Assembly (NCBI RefSeq): GCF_036321535.1
Contig: NC_087437.1
Location: 94,242,001 to 94,306,000 of the forward strand
Direction: 5' to 3'
DNA length: 64,000 nucleotides
Source: Camelus dromedarius
Taxonomy: Eukaryota
Under the pieces are notes generated by a model. It worked only from the letters and a program-made list of their open reading frames with translations, did no database searches and had not been told where the DNA came from. The position numbers were made by a program, and so were the translations under genes. Below are positions 52,727-64,000 of this stretch, in pieces; the first letter of the stretch is position 1, and every line of letters starts with the position of its first letter.

Positions 52727-54392
52727 AAAACAAAAGAAGGGAAGAGAAATAAAAGAAAGGTCAGAAGGAACAAGAGAGGAGGGGTGTTGAAAGAGAAAAA
52801 TGGTTTAAAAATTTGAGGATTTAGATGCTTATCCTGAGGGAACTCTTCTGCAAGGTCATGAGAAGTATCTGTATGCATTTTCTGTGCTGTCACATGATTG
52901 CATGTCTTCTGGGTGTACTTGGGAGGCTGAACTTGTAAGGGACTAGTAAGCAGAAATTTCAGGTAGGCAGTTATGTCAGCATGAAACAAACAAACAAAAC
53001 AACTAGCACAAAGCAAAGTAAAAAATAAGGGCTATCCAACATGGTGCTTTTCCTCCACTACTCAGCCTGCTACCACAGCTCAAGTGGGGAGAATGTAAAG
53101 CGGGTTTATGAATGTCACCACTGCACATTGGAATGTAATAACATTTGCACTTTTAATTTTTATTCAATTAAAATATTTTTTGAGTTAGAAAAATCTTGAA
53201 ATCTAATACTTAAAAACCAAAACCCTTTTCTTTAGGAAGAATTATTGCTATTAGTTTTTTTTTTAATACTAGAAGGGATTTATCACAAAACAAAATGCAA
53301 AAGAATAGAATACTTGCCTTCTCATTCTTTTTTAATAAAAAAGAGCTGATGCGAGAATTCTGCACCCTCTATATTTGAGGAACAAAAGCTACATTTCACA
53401 TTTGATCTACATGAGGCAATGAATAAAAGATCATAGATAAAAGAAAACCAGTAAATCATCATTTGCATTGTATTGATGTTTACTGAGGTATAAAATCCCC
53501 TAGAATTTAGATGTGCCTTCACATTGTTATGAAGAAGGTGCTTTCCTCAAATAACATGGGATTCAAAACACACATTTGTGAGAATTGCTCTGAGATGAGT
53601 GCTGTCACAAATCCCCGAGAGAGAAAAATACTGCTGAGTTCTGTTATACCATGAGAGATGTAGAATTTTCTATATTTTAAGGCTTTGTTTTTTAATCTCA
53701 CTTTATTATTTTTGAAAGACACATATACCTACACATAATGGCTAATTTTTAAGAACTTTTTTTAAATAGTAAAATGTGAAAATAAAATCGGTAAACTTCT
53801 TGATTTACTAAGAAATCAAATGTACAGATTTAATTTCTTTTGACTTGCAATTTAAAGAAGGATATTATTCTCCAATATTTTTTTCCAGTCTTGATGTTGA
53901 AACTTCAAAAGAATGTGATCAAAATTAAATCAGAGTCAACGAACATGACAGTCATTTAAAAGTGTACTTACCAACATATTACCAGTTTATAGGATTAGTA
54001 TCTTCTAATGCTTTTCTCCCAATCCAAAGTAGAAAAGAAGCTTACAGTTGATGCGTGACATTGCTGTATCTTGGTCTGTTTAACACTTAAATTATAGAGC
54101 TTTATTGGGGGAAGAGAAAAAGAGAGATTGTTACGATGAAGTTGAGAGTGGGGTAGTAAAAGTTTTGAAGGCATAATTATGAGTCAAATTATTCATTGAA
54201 GTTTTAGGAAATTGCCAGGCCTGAGAATAATCAATATGGACGAGGAAGCACATGAAGCAAGGGACAATGTGTAGACATAGACAATAAAAACAGTAAGAAC
54301 AGGAGTGTAATTAAGGATTTGGTAGAGTTGTAAAATTTCAGATTTGAGAGAGGTCCTAGAGAAATGTTTTGCAATGTTTTTATTTTATGAAC

Positions 54393-54848
54393 TCATTTAT
54401 TAAAGTATAGTCTACTAAAAGTCACATATCGTAAGAGTGCAGATTGAACTTTTATAAATATATACAACTGAGTTCACTGTCACTAGAATTAAGACAGAGA
54501 ACATCACAACCTCTCAGAATCCTTCCTCTGTCCCTTTCAGTCACTAACTTTCCTTAAACGTGTCTGAATGTTGTCATATTAGCTTATTTTACCCTGGTTT
54601 TAAATTTCATAATTATATTTTACTAAGTAATATTTTTGAAATGTATCCATGATGTTTTAGGTAGTGTAACTCATACCTTTTCATTGAAGTATGATAACCT
54701 ATTTTGAGACATTCTTTATTTTACGCACATTTTAGCTGTTTAAATTTTTTAACTTGTTATATCTGGTTGATACAAACATTCTTGCATATCTTACTACTGG
54801 ACATAGATACTCATCTGCCTTTGGTTTATACCTAGGACTAGAATTTAC
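54393..54848 (-). mobile_element. Old L1 (L1MD/ME-type) 3' region
   Basis: 'tttattaaagtatag...aagacagagaacatcac...gtatccatgatgtt...tggtttatacctaggactagaattt'. Confidence 0.7.
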
Positions 54849-55704
54849 CAATTTGAGCAAGAGACAGAGAAATGAATTCTAATTCATTCTACTTAGAACC
54901 TATAAACTGTAGGCTGTAATCACATTCTTTAGGAAACAACTGGGTTAACAAAAGACAATATTTCCATTTAAATGCAAATTGATATTGGTTATTTCTAATT
55001 TTATTATACTTTCATTAAGAGTAAACCAAAGTAGATTTACATTTTCCAGTGTTAATTATTAAATAAAACTAAATATTATTGTGAATAAATTGCTTTGCTT
55101 TTCTGACCTTATGATATTAACTTTTCATCAAGTTTCTTGATCTAAAAGTAAACAACCTGTTTAAAGAAAATAGAATTGTTAAATTTAAATAACATGCCTA
55201 TGTTTGTGGGATTTTCTTCAGTGCTTTTAATAGAGTATTATGAAATGTCAAAGTAAAACTATGAATAATTTGGCATTAATTATTGAATACTTACTTAATT
55301 CCTATGGATATGTACTTTATCTGAATACCAATTAAATATGGATACAGAGACAATAGTTAACCATTAATATTTATTAACAGTTTATTCTATCAGCAAGTTA
55401 GCAGTTCCCTTGGTTATGTTGTAAAATACTAAGAAAAAATGCATTCTCTTATTTTCTGAAGTGTGATTATAAAACAGGCTGTAATTGGACACATTTATAC
55501 CTTACAATTTGTAATATATTATAAAACTAGCATCTTTTGTTATTCACAAGTTATCAGAATGGTATCTTAGAGTAGACATTAAAAAGAATATTTGTCACCA
55601 ATGTCCTTAAACTCAGAAATTAGAGGAGAACATAATTACTTTTGCACTCCAGTTATTCAGAAAAACATGATATAATGAAGACATCTTGATATCTAGCAAA
55701 GGAA

Positions 55705-56210
55705 AATAACATTTAACATCCATTAGTATTGCTGTTATAAAAAACACAGAAAATAACAAGTGCTGGTAAGGATGTGGAGAAAATTCAACCCTTGTGCATT
55801 ACTGGTGGAAATATAAAATGATACAGCCCCAGAGGCAAATGATATAGTGATTTCTAAAATAATTAGCCATGGAATTACCATATGATCCAGCAATTTTACT
55901 TCTGAATATACACCCCCTTCTCAAAATTGAAAGCAGCTATTCAGATAGATATTTGTACACCCATGTTCATAGCAGCATTATTCACAATATCTGAAAGATG
56001 GAAGTAGCCCAAGTATTCATGGATGGATTAATAGATAAAACATGGTGCGTATGTGTATATATATATGGTTGAATATTATTGTCTTAAAAGGAAAAAAACC
56101 AAAAAATTTAAAAATTAAAAAATTAAAAAGGAAAATTTAACACATGCTACAAAATAGATAAATTTTAAATTTATTTTTTATTTTTTAAATAGATAAATCT
56201 TGAAGACACT
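55705..56210 (+). mobile_element. L1M ORF2 3'-end fragment
   Basis: 'aaaataacaagtgctggtaaggatgtggagaaa...gaattaccatatgatccagcaatt...cccatgttcatagcagcattattcacaata' is homologous to 17250-17480. Confidence 0.9.
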
Positions 56211-59200
56211 TTGCCTCAATCTTTCTCACCTACCTTTAGCCTGACACATCTATATTTTATTATCCTATCCAAATATCTGTGTACTCTTTTGCCAGCCACT
56301 AACTGTAATATTGAAGACAGAAAGTGGCTCCAATAATTTACAAACTAATAACCTTTACTATTTGATTATAGTTTTACAAACTTTGAGTAAGTTGAATTTC
56401 CTTCCCCTTATCACAAACTTTGTTTAGACAGCACAACCCTTTACTATTATTGTGTATTTATTTTTAGACACCTGTATAAGTCATATGTGACTCTTTTGGT
56501 TGAATTGCATACTCTGGGGCATCTTTGTCCAATGACCTCTTGAATACTTGTTGTATATGAAAACAGGCTTCAAGGTAATATATTGTTGGGCAAAATGAAA
56601 GTAATTGTTAAGACTATTTTAGTGTAGCATTCCATTTACATTGAGTATAATTAATATTTTATCTATTATATTATTGTCAAAGCAAATTGTAGTTTATCTT
56701 TATTTTGAAAAAATTAGAATGGGGAAAACATACTTTAAGAATATTTTGTGGGAAATAATTCTGCTGTTGAGAAGTATATTTTATTAAGTTCCTTTAAATT
56801 TAAGCAATACAAACTAAAATCTACTCATGCATTAAACATTTTTAGCTTCCTAGTATGTACGGCGCTATGGTTGTCCGTGAGATAATGTGAGAAAACTCAA
56901 CTGCCAGTAGTCATGCATAATTAGAGAATTATGCAATTTGAGAGCCTGAAGGCATCTTAGCAATTATCTTATCCAACAATCCTATTTTACTAATGTGAAA
57001 CAGTTCTCAGAAAATTTAAGTGATTCAGGTTAAGAAAGAATCTTATGGTAATATTCTGAGTGTTACTTATTAAAATAAGCCAGCATTTCCTCCAGAATTA
57101 CTTATATGTTTATGTTTCATTAAAGTATCTTGACAGTTTAAGACATACATGCACGTAGGAGGTATATAAAGCAGAAAATTGTTCTATATGTAAAAGGTTT
57201 TATTTTATTTTTTTAACCTTACAGTATTTCTGTAGAAATACAGCAGAATTACACTGGTTTAATGTTTGGTTGTTCAACAGTGGGTAGTAGTGCGCTCCAT
57301 ACCCACTCAAGAATTTTTGTTTTAAGAACTGGCATGGTCAGGCTTCCAAGTTCCAAGCCAGCTCTCGGGAGAGCCGTGCACGACCAAGCAATTCCTCCGT
57401 TCATTTGTCACTAGTCTTTAGAGCAGGTCTTGCCTCGTCATCCCCCGTCACGTTATGAAGCAGATTTTTCTATTAGTGCAACCTTTCCAAAATTGTTCTC
57501 AGTTGTGCATGCTTGTGTTTGTGTGTGTGTATGTGTGTTTCTTCCTGGCTTCTGGAAGAAAGTCCCCAGTTCCTGATTACCTTCGTTGCAGGATTTGGTT
57601 AAGAATTTTATGACGATCAGTGAACACTGTCTTTATGTTAATCAATGTTTCATGTGTCCTGAATTAGCAGAATCAATGCCGGAATCAATTAGCACATGAG
57701 ACTATGCAGCTCACCATCTCCCCATTCCTGGGTGATGGCCAAGTAATCTGATCTTCTGCAAGGAAACATTACCTTGGAACTCAGACTAGGTTCAAACTTT
57801 TGTGCTGCTATGATATGAAAAGCTAACTTGTAAAAGACCTCAGAAAATGACATTCCTTTCACTATACAACAAAGCTCATTTTCCTTCCTGATGCCTCTAC
57901 CTCCTGGTTTGCTTTGGATAATAACCGAGGTGTCATTTGTTGCCCTTCACTTGTTGCCACAAAGGCATCTCCTCTGATATGGTTTTATCATCTTATTTCT
58001 TCTTCTCTTAAGGTTCTCCTTTCTACTTAAATTATTTTTAACTCTTTTAATTCCGTCATTAAAGGCTGTTTAATACATTGCCCACAAATCCCTTTTAACT
58101 CATGTCAACTTTTCTCTTTCATGCAATTTCCCTGATCCTCTCTACCCATCACCTATTCACTGAAATAGTAATTCATTCCTTTTCAGGACAAAATGAACTT
58201 TAAAATAGGCAATAGGACAATAAAAGTCACAATAATAGAAAAAATGTATTAAATTAAAGAAAAAAATTGGGTCAAAAAAGAGATAAGAGAAAAGATAAAT
58301 AGAAGAAAAAATTGACACAAACAGATTCTAAAAAAAAAATCCATGTATCTATAGATAATCTGTATATTTGTTTCTAATATTTTAATTCCTCTTTGAGAAC
58401 ATAATTAGTTGCATGATTCATGATCTCCATAAGATAAAAACAAGACTGTTCAGAAGCTGAATTCTCTCAGATTGAAACATGAAATTAATAAATTTTTTAC
58501 TTGTCCTCACAAAAAGAACACTATAATTCAGCAAATGGAATTTCTACAACCCATTTGTAATTAGTAAAAGTTGTGTACAACGTACGACCAGAGTTTTAGA
58601 GACATTTCTGTTAATGTATGACAGTATCGTAACATCACTCAAAAATTCAGAAAGGAAAACATCTAAGAAGGGACCAAAAGAAAACAATTCAGTCAAGAAA
58701 CTCCAAAAACCTAGTCTAAAGCAGAGGAAAATGATAGTACCCAGGTGTGAGATGGAAAATGCATGCCAGCTTCATTCCTCACTGATGGCATCTCCACTGT
58801 TGAAGGCACATGTCTTAAACTGATTGTTAAGTCCTTTTACCTGAGTTCATAAGTGGCCCCAGGGAACCACTTGGTAATCAGCTGGTCACGGAATTTGAGA
58901 AGAGGCCTGGATCCTATCAGTTTACTCAAGCCATAGATGTTCTGCATATTCTTCAAGCATTACTCCATAAATGTCATTTTTCTTTATTGACCTTGTATGT
59001 GTAATGAGAGGAAGTGACAAATACCTAGCGCAGCTATTCTAGAATGGTTTTTAGTAGGGATTCAGTTTTATCAGTCTTCTTTGTGAATGGAAACAACTTT
59101 CTCTTTTCCAAAAGCAGCAACCTAAATGAAGAGATATATAATATATATAGTATAAAGCCACTCCAACATTGCTTTTGGGTATAATAAGAAAGTAATTTCA

Positions 59201-59319
59201 GTACAGTGTCTTAAAATCTTACAGAGTTTTTTCTTTCTTTCTTTCTTTCTTTCTTTCTTTTTGGTAGGGAGGGGTGGGGGCATTAACAGACAGATTATAA
59301 AAATCATATGTAAATACAA

Positions 59320-60815
59320 AAATGCAGAAATCAATCAAGATTAGCCAAGGGAATTTTAAAGAATAAAAAGAAGAAAACTAGAAGAATCATACTCTACATA
59401 TGAAGACCAAAAATAAAGCTACCTTATTTAGGTCAGTATGATGTTGATCAAATAATTTAAAAATTGATCAGTGGAACAGCTTAGAAACTGTCATACATCT
59501 ATGGTTATTTAATTTATGATAAAGATGATGATGAAGAATAGTGTGAAAGGATGGTATTTTCAAGAAATGGTGCTGGGCCAGATGACTATCTGCATAGAAA
59601 AAAATTTAATCTTGACCTCTACTTCAAAACGTACACAAAGAATAATTTCCAGGTGGATTGTGGATCTAAATTAGAAAATTAATTAAATTAAGAAGTACTC
59701 TAGTCATTATAAACTACTCTACAGATTAAGAGCTACTCTACTCAAAAGTCATCACTAAGGAAGTGAAAGGTAGTTTGAGAGTGGGAGGATATATTTGTTA
59801 TGTATCTATTTGACAAAAAACACAGTATATTGTATATAAAGAAGTCATACAATTCCATAAGAAAAAGGCAGACAATCCAGTTTAAAAATATGCAAGAGTT
59901 GAATATGTACTTCACAAAACAAGATATTTAAATAACCAATAAGTATATTATTCATCAAGAAATTTCATTATCCATTAAGAAAGTCAGTGCAAGGCTAGGA
60001 CTAGTCTATGGCCTGGGCACCAAAGTTAAGGAGGCATCACTTTTAGAGTCAAGCAAACGTCAAATATAAATTGATACAATCATTTTTGAAACTGAGTTTT
60101 ATATCTACTCATACATATTCTTTGAGCCAGCAATTCTCCTTAGATATATACCCAACAAAAATAGGAGTACTATGTTCACAAAACAGAAGTACATGAATAT
60201 TTATAGGAGCATTATTTGTAATAACCAAGACACTCCAAACTGCTATCAACAGAAAAATGGATAAGGAAATTATGATAAAGTAATAAAATTGAATACTATA
60301 CAGTAATAAGAAGTGGTAGAGTGTGAGTGTGTGCCTAGCATGCATGAGGTCCTGGGTTCAATCCCCAGTACCTCTGTTATAAATAAATAAACCTGATTAC
60401 CTCCCCACACCAAAAAAAACCAAAAAACAAAACAAAACAAAAAAACAACCCAAAGTGTAATGTGTGAACTTTGATTGGATTCTGGTTCTAAAAAAAAAGC
60501 AGCTATAAGAATTTTGAACTACAACTATACATAGGAAACATGATCTTATAATGTAGAGGGATGAAAGCCAGACACAAAGATATATGTCCTGAATTAGTAT
60601 GCTTATATACATTTCAAAAACAGGTAAAACTAATCGATAGCCGGGGTAATGATCAGCCTTGAAAGGGAATAATCCTGGAAGGGGCCAGAGTGGGTTCTGG
60701 GATGCTGCTAAAATTCTGTTTATTGAAAAGACTGCTGATCACATGAGTGTGGAAGTTCGTTGATTTACACACTTATCATTAATGTACCTTTTAGCTGCAG
60801 GCATTCAATTTAAAG
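59320..60815 (+). mobile_element. Old L1 (L1ME-type) ORF2 end and 3'UTR, interrupted by younger inserts
   Basis: 'ttcaagaaatggtgctgg', 'gacaatccagtttaaaaatatgcaa', 'cagcaattctccttagatatatacccaa', and 3'UTR 'aaaaacaggtaaaactaatc...ttctgggatgctg'. Confidence 0.8.
60313..60448 (+). mobile_element. 5'-truncated tRNA-Ala-derived camelid SINE (Vic-1-like)
   Basis: 'gtggtagag...gcctagcatgcatgaggtcctgggttcaatccccagtacctc' (B-box GGTTCAATCC), then 'acctgattacctcccc' and a (CAAAA)n tail; paralogous to 61672-61824. Confidence 0.88.
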
Positions 60816-61671
60816 TATATACCAAATAAATGAATAAACAAACAAACAAGTCATGTTAGAAGCACTTAAACAGAAACTAAACCAAGGGAGTCCCTGAAAG
60901 CCTGGAAGTAATTAATATTTGGAGTGTCTCTACACAAACATCTTGACCAGTAAGACTCAATATGGATGGAGGCATTCACATGGCCCAAAACAATGTCACA
61001 TTCTCTATACTTTCATAGGCTTCATCTACATACCTATTCTACAGACATCTTTGTTGTCAGTTTTTCAAACTTGGTCCTTCAAAGTTTCTAAACGTGCTAA
61101 GTTGACACTAAATCAAACAGATTAGTTGCTTAATAAACAGTAGTATTGTTTATTCATGGTCATTTTGCTTTTACTTTAATTACTTGTTTTGTTGTCAAAG
61201 TTTCCAATTTAAATATCACAAATGTGTAGAATGACAAGGAGTAAAATAATGTGTATGAAATACACTCTAAAATATATGAAGAACAGTTTTATAAAATACA
61301 AGAGCTGTGGAAAAATAGACATGTCAATGTAAAACCAACTGATTTCTATACAATATAATGGAAAATAAGCATCTCATATTCTGGATAGTAGTCAATGCAG
61401 AAGCATCCTACGGTTTTCTGATATTTAGATAAAATTCATTTAGAATTAGAATTATCATCAGGTAACATAGGATACCAAAAACCTACTCTGATTGTTGACG
61501 CAAGTTAAAGGAGATAAATTTTTTAAATGTGGACATAGGAAAAGAGAGTTACTAAAGGATTCTTTAGATGTAAAAAGTGAACCACCAGAGGTCGGAAATC
61601 AAAATACAGGCTCAGTTAATCATAGAACAAAGAATGGAGGGGGTTAATGTTTTACATAAATTATATAAATC

Positions 61672-61824
61672 GCAGGGATGGAATAGCTCAGTGGTAGAGC
61701 ACGTGCTTAGCATACACGAGGTCCAGGATTCAATCCCCAGTACCTCCAGTAAAACAAACAAACAAACAAACAAACAAACCTAATTACCTCCCCCAAAAAT
61801 TAAAAAAAAATTAAATAAATAAGT
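61672..61824 (+). mobile_element. Full-length tRNA-Ala-derived camelid SINE (Vic-1-like)
   Basis: A-box 'tagctcagtgg', B-box 'gattcaatcc', (CAAA)n spacer, 'acctaattacctccccc' and an A-rich tail. TSD aaattatataaatc (61658-61671) / aaataatgtaaatc (61825-61838). Confidence 0.93.
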
Positions 61825-64000
61825 AAATAATGTAAATCAAAACATGTGTATTTGAGAAAATCAAGTCGTTTTTCCCTTAACCTAGTTTCCTGTGACCATT
61901 AATAAATCTGTAAATAAACAGTGTTAAGAAGGTGTTGGAGTTGTTTTATCTCCTCTACCTACCGGAATCACTTTGACAGATCCTAAGAGGGGAACACAGG
62001 ATCTTTCAGTTCCTTAGCAATGCTCTTCAGTTGAATTGGAATTCTAGCACTATAACAGCCTGTCAGTATCAAAGAATATTTCCTTCTTCGTGGCAACCAA
62101 GAAGGTTGAATCCACTTAGTATAAAGGGTAAAGAAAGACATTGTCAAGACAGACACGTGAGCCTGTGTAAACTAAACAGGCTAGGAAGTCTTGATCTTGG
62201 TTCTTAAAGACAAGACTACCAGGAGATAGATTACCTGAACAAAATCTGCTCTAACAGTAACTCACCACAATTAGAGAATTAAGGTGTGACCCAGATTTAT
62301 ACGTGGGTAAATGTTTAATAGAGTAATTTTATAACATTTTTCCTGTAGAAGAAAGCATTCTTTGCCTTATCCAAATTTCTTTTCTTTTTTGTTTTCTAAT
62401 AGTTTATACTACATTATAATTGACTACACTGAACTTGAAGGCTAAGATTAATTCTGTCCGTTGTAGTTTCTTCATATAGCCTACTACTTGCCACATAGTA
62501 GGTGCTAAACAAATGTTTAATTAATATTGTTGAATATTAAAAAAAAACTCTTAGTTTGAATAATTTATTGTACTCAAATAATGATAATTTCAAAGCAAAT
62601 CAATCTTATTAGTTACTATTTATTCATCTAATACAGGATCTAGTGAAAGGACTAGCCAATATTTGTGATTAAATTGCCTATGTTAGAAAAATAAAATTTA
62701 TTTTGTCTTTAGTTTATTCCAGAAAGGGGGGATAAATTTCTGTTTGTATATTATCTGATCATTTTTAACTGCCTTGCATTTGACTGATCACACTGAGATT
62801 AATTTTTTTTTCCTACTAGAAAGCTTTACAGATATTTTAATGTTCATATATGAATATCTCTATGCGCAGCTCATATTTTATATGACTCTTGATGCAGCTT
62901 AACTTACAATGAAGAAGTGTTTTGAACAATAGTGCCAATAACTGAAGTCCTAGTGCAACAAAATGACACATCACAGATCAGGGCCTAAAACCGCTTTTGA
63001 CTTCAGCAGCCGCTGCTCACCGCCCGGCAGGCTGCCTGAAGCAGCAAGTAGGGACAGAAACAGGGGTTTCTGTGGGTCATGTCATCTGTGTTGTTGCTGA
63101 GAGAGGTGTCCTTATCCTGCTGTTTCTGTAGTTCTATTTGGCTTGCGTTCTCTCCAGGCTTTGTAAGCAATGTAGCCTCTTCTTGTTCCCTCTGAGAATC
63201 ATCTGAAGGCTTTTTCCTTTCTCAACACATTAGGAAACCTGGAAACCCACGACATTCTTAATACTGATGAGACACATCTCTGTTACAATTTTCTGCCTGA
63301 TAAATTCTTAACATTTCCTGTGGGCGAAAACCATAGGAAATTGCATGGGGTAGAGGGGATGAGTCCACTGCTATTTTATTTTCATATAGATGGAAAATTC
63401 TTCTCTACCAGCACATTGATATTCAGACCATCTCAGGCCAGAATCCTCCGAGCTAATTATTTTGTTGCTCAGCGAACAATAGATATTTGAATTTATTTTT
63501 TTTTTTTTTTAGTATGCAGTGAATGGACTCTTCCGCAGTTACAGATATATACCTGACCTATATTTAATTATTTTAAATATGCGTTACATTGCTTTCAAGA
63601 GACTAAAAGTGTTGTATGGGGACGAACAAAGTTATGTTTAGAGAAGCAACACAATTTTGGCTGAACGCATTGTTGGCCTGTCCATCTGGAGATCCGAGCC
63701 CAAGAGAGACAAAATGAATATTCTGAGAGGAAAATTTATTATAAGATGATGGCAACTGCCAGGCAGGTGTAATTTATTATAAAAGGATGAAGCAAACCCC
63801 ATGGGCCACCTGGTTGTGTGAAGGAATGGTGGTTGCATGAATCTCAGGGTTTTTGTTTCTGTTTTGTTAACACAGGCTGATAGGACCCACGGCCTTCACA
63901 GTGAGCCCCAGTGAACCACAGAGGCATATGCCACAGACAACTCAGGAGTGTATGGTCTCCTTAGCGCAAAGCCATCATTCCATGGAACACACTGCTGTAC

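Noticed and set aside
53972..54075. Minus-strand exon ending at TTG|GTAAGT
   Set aside because: The acceptor lacks a pyrimidine tract and all frames stop; isolated donors occur by chance.
59215..59300. (TTTC)n plus G-run as an antisense SINE tail with TSD
   Set aside because: No SINE body, and only a weak acagag/acagat flank match; treated as a simple repeat.
61675..61748. tRNA-Ala gene
   Set aside because: It is followed by a SINE body, A-tail and TSD, and has a degenerate acceptor stem; a paralogous SINE lies at 60313.
1..64000. CRISPR array, operon, rRNA or other prokaryotic or viral system
   Set aside because: No regularly spaced repeats, no long ORFs and no foreign-composition insert; mammalian repeats occur throughout.

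Overview
AT-rich mammalian non-coding DNA (large intron or intergenic). It is almost certainly camelid (alpaca, llama or camel): two copies of a tRNA-Ala-like SINE carry the 'acctaattacctcccc' 3' body I recall for the camelid Vic-1 family, and there are young artiodactyl-type L1 3' ends. I found no recognisable host protein-coding exon, RNA gene, CpG island or prokaryote-type system. The only ORF-track entry I recognise is a disrupted LINE-1 ORF2p C-terminus (17455-17697). The window is a mosaic of old repeats (L2, MIR, L1M, MLT1, LTR40, MER20, MER47, ERV1 solo LTRs) and younger L1/SINE insertions, separated by repeat-poor unique blocks that may be enhancers. The best-supported unusual signal is a set of atypical retrotransposition products bounded by target-site duplications (TSDs): an L1 with a short 3' transduction, a body-less 'orphan' insertion, a SINE that carried 3' flank, two tail-only micro-insertions and two 5'-inverted L1s. 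A few candidate spliced exons are flagged at low confidence. Repeat family names come from remembered consensus sequences, not a database search, and boundaries of old repeats are approximate. I do not see a convincing previously undescribed biological system here.
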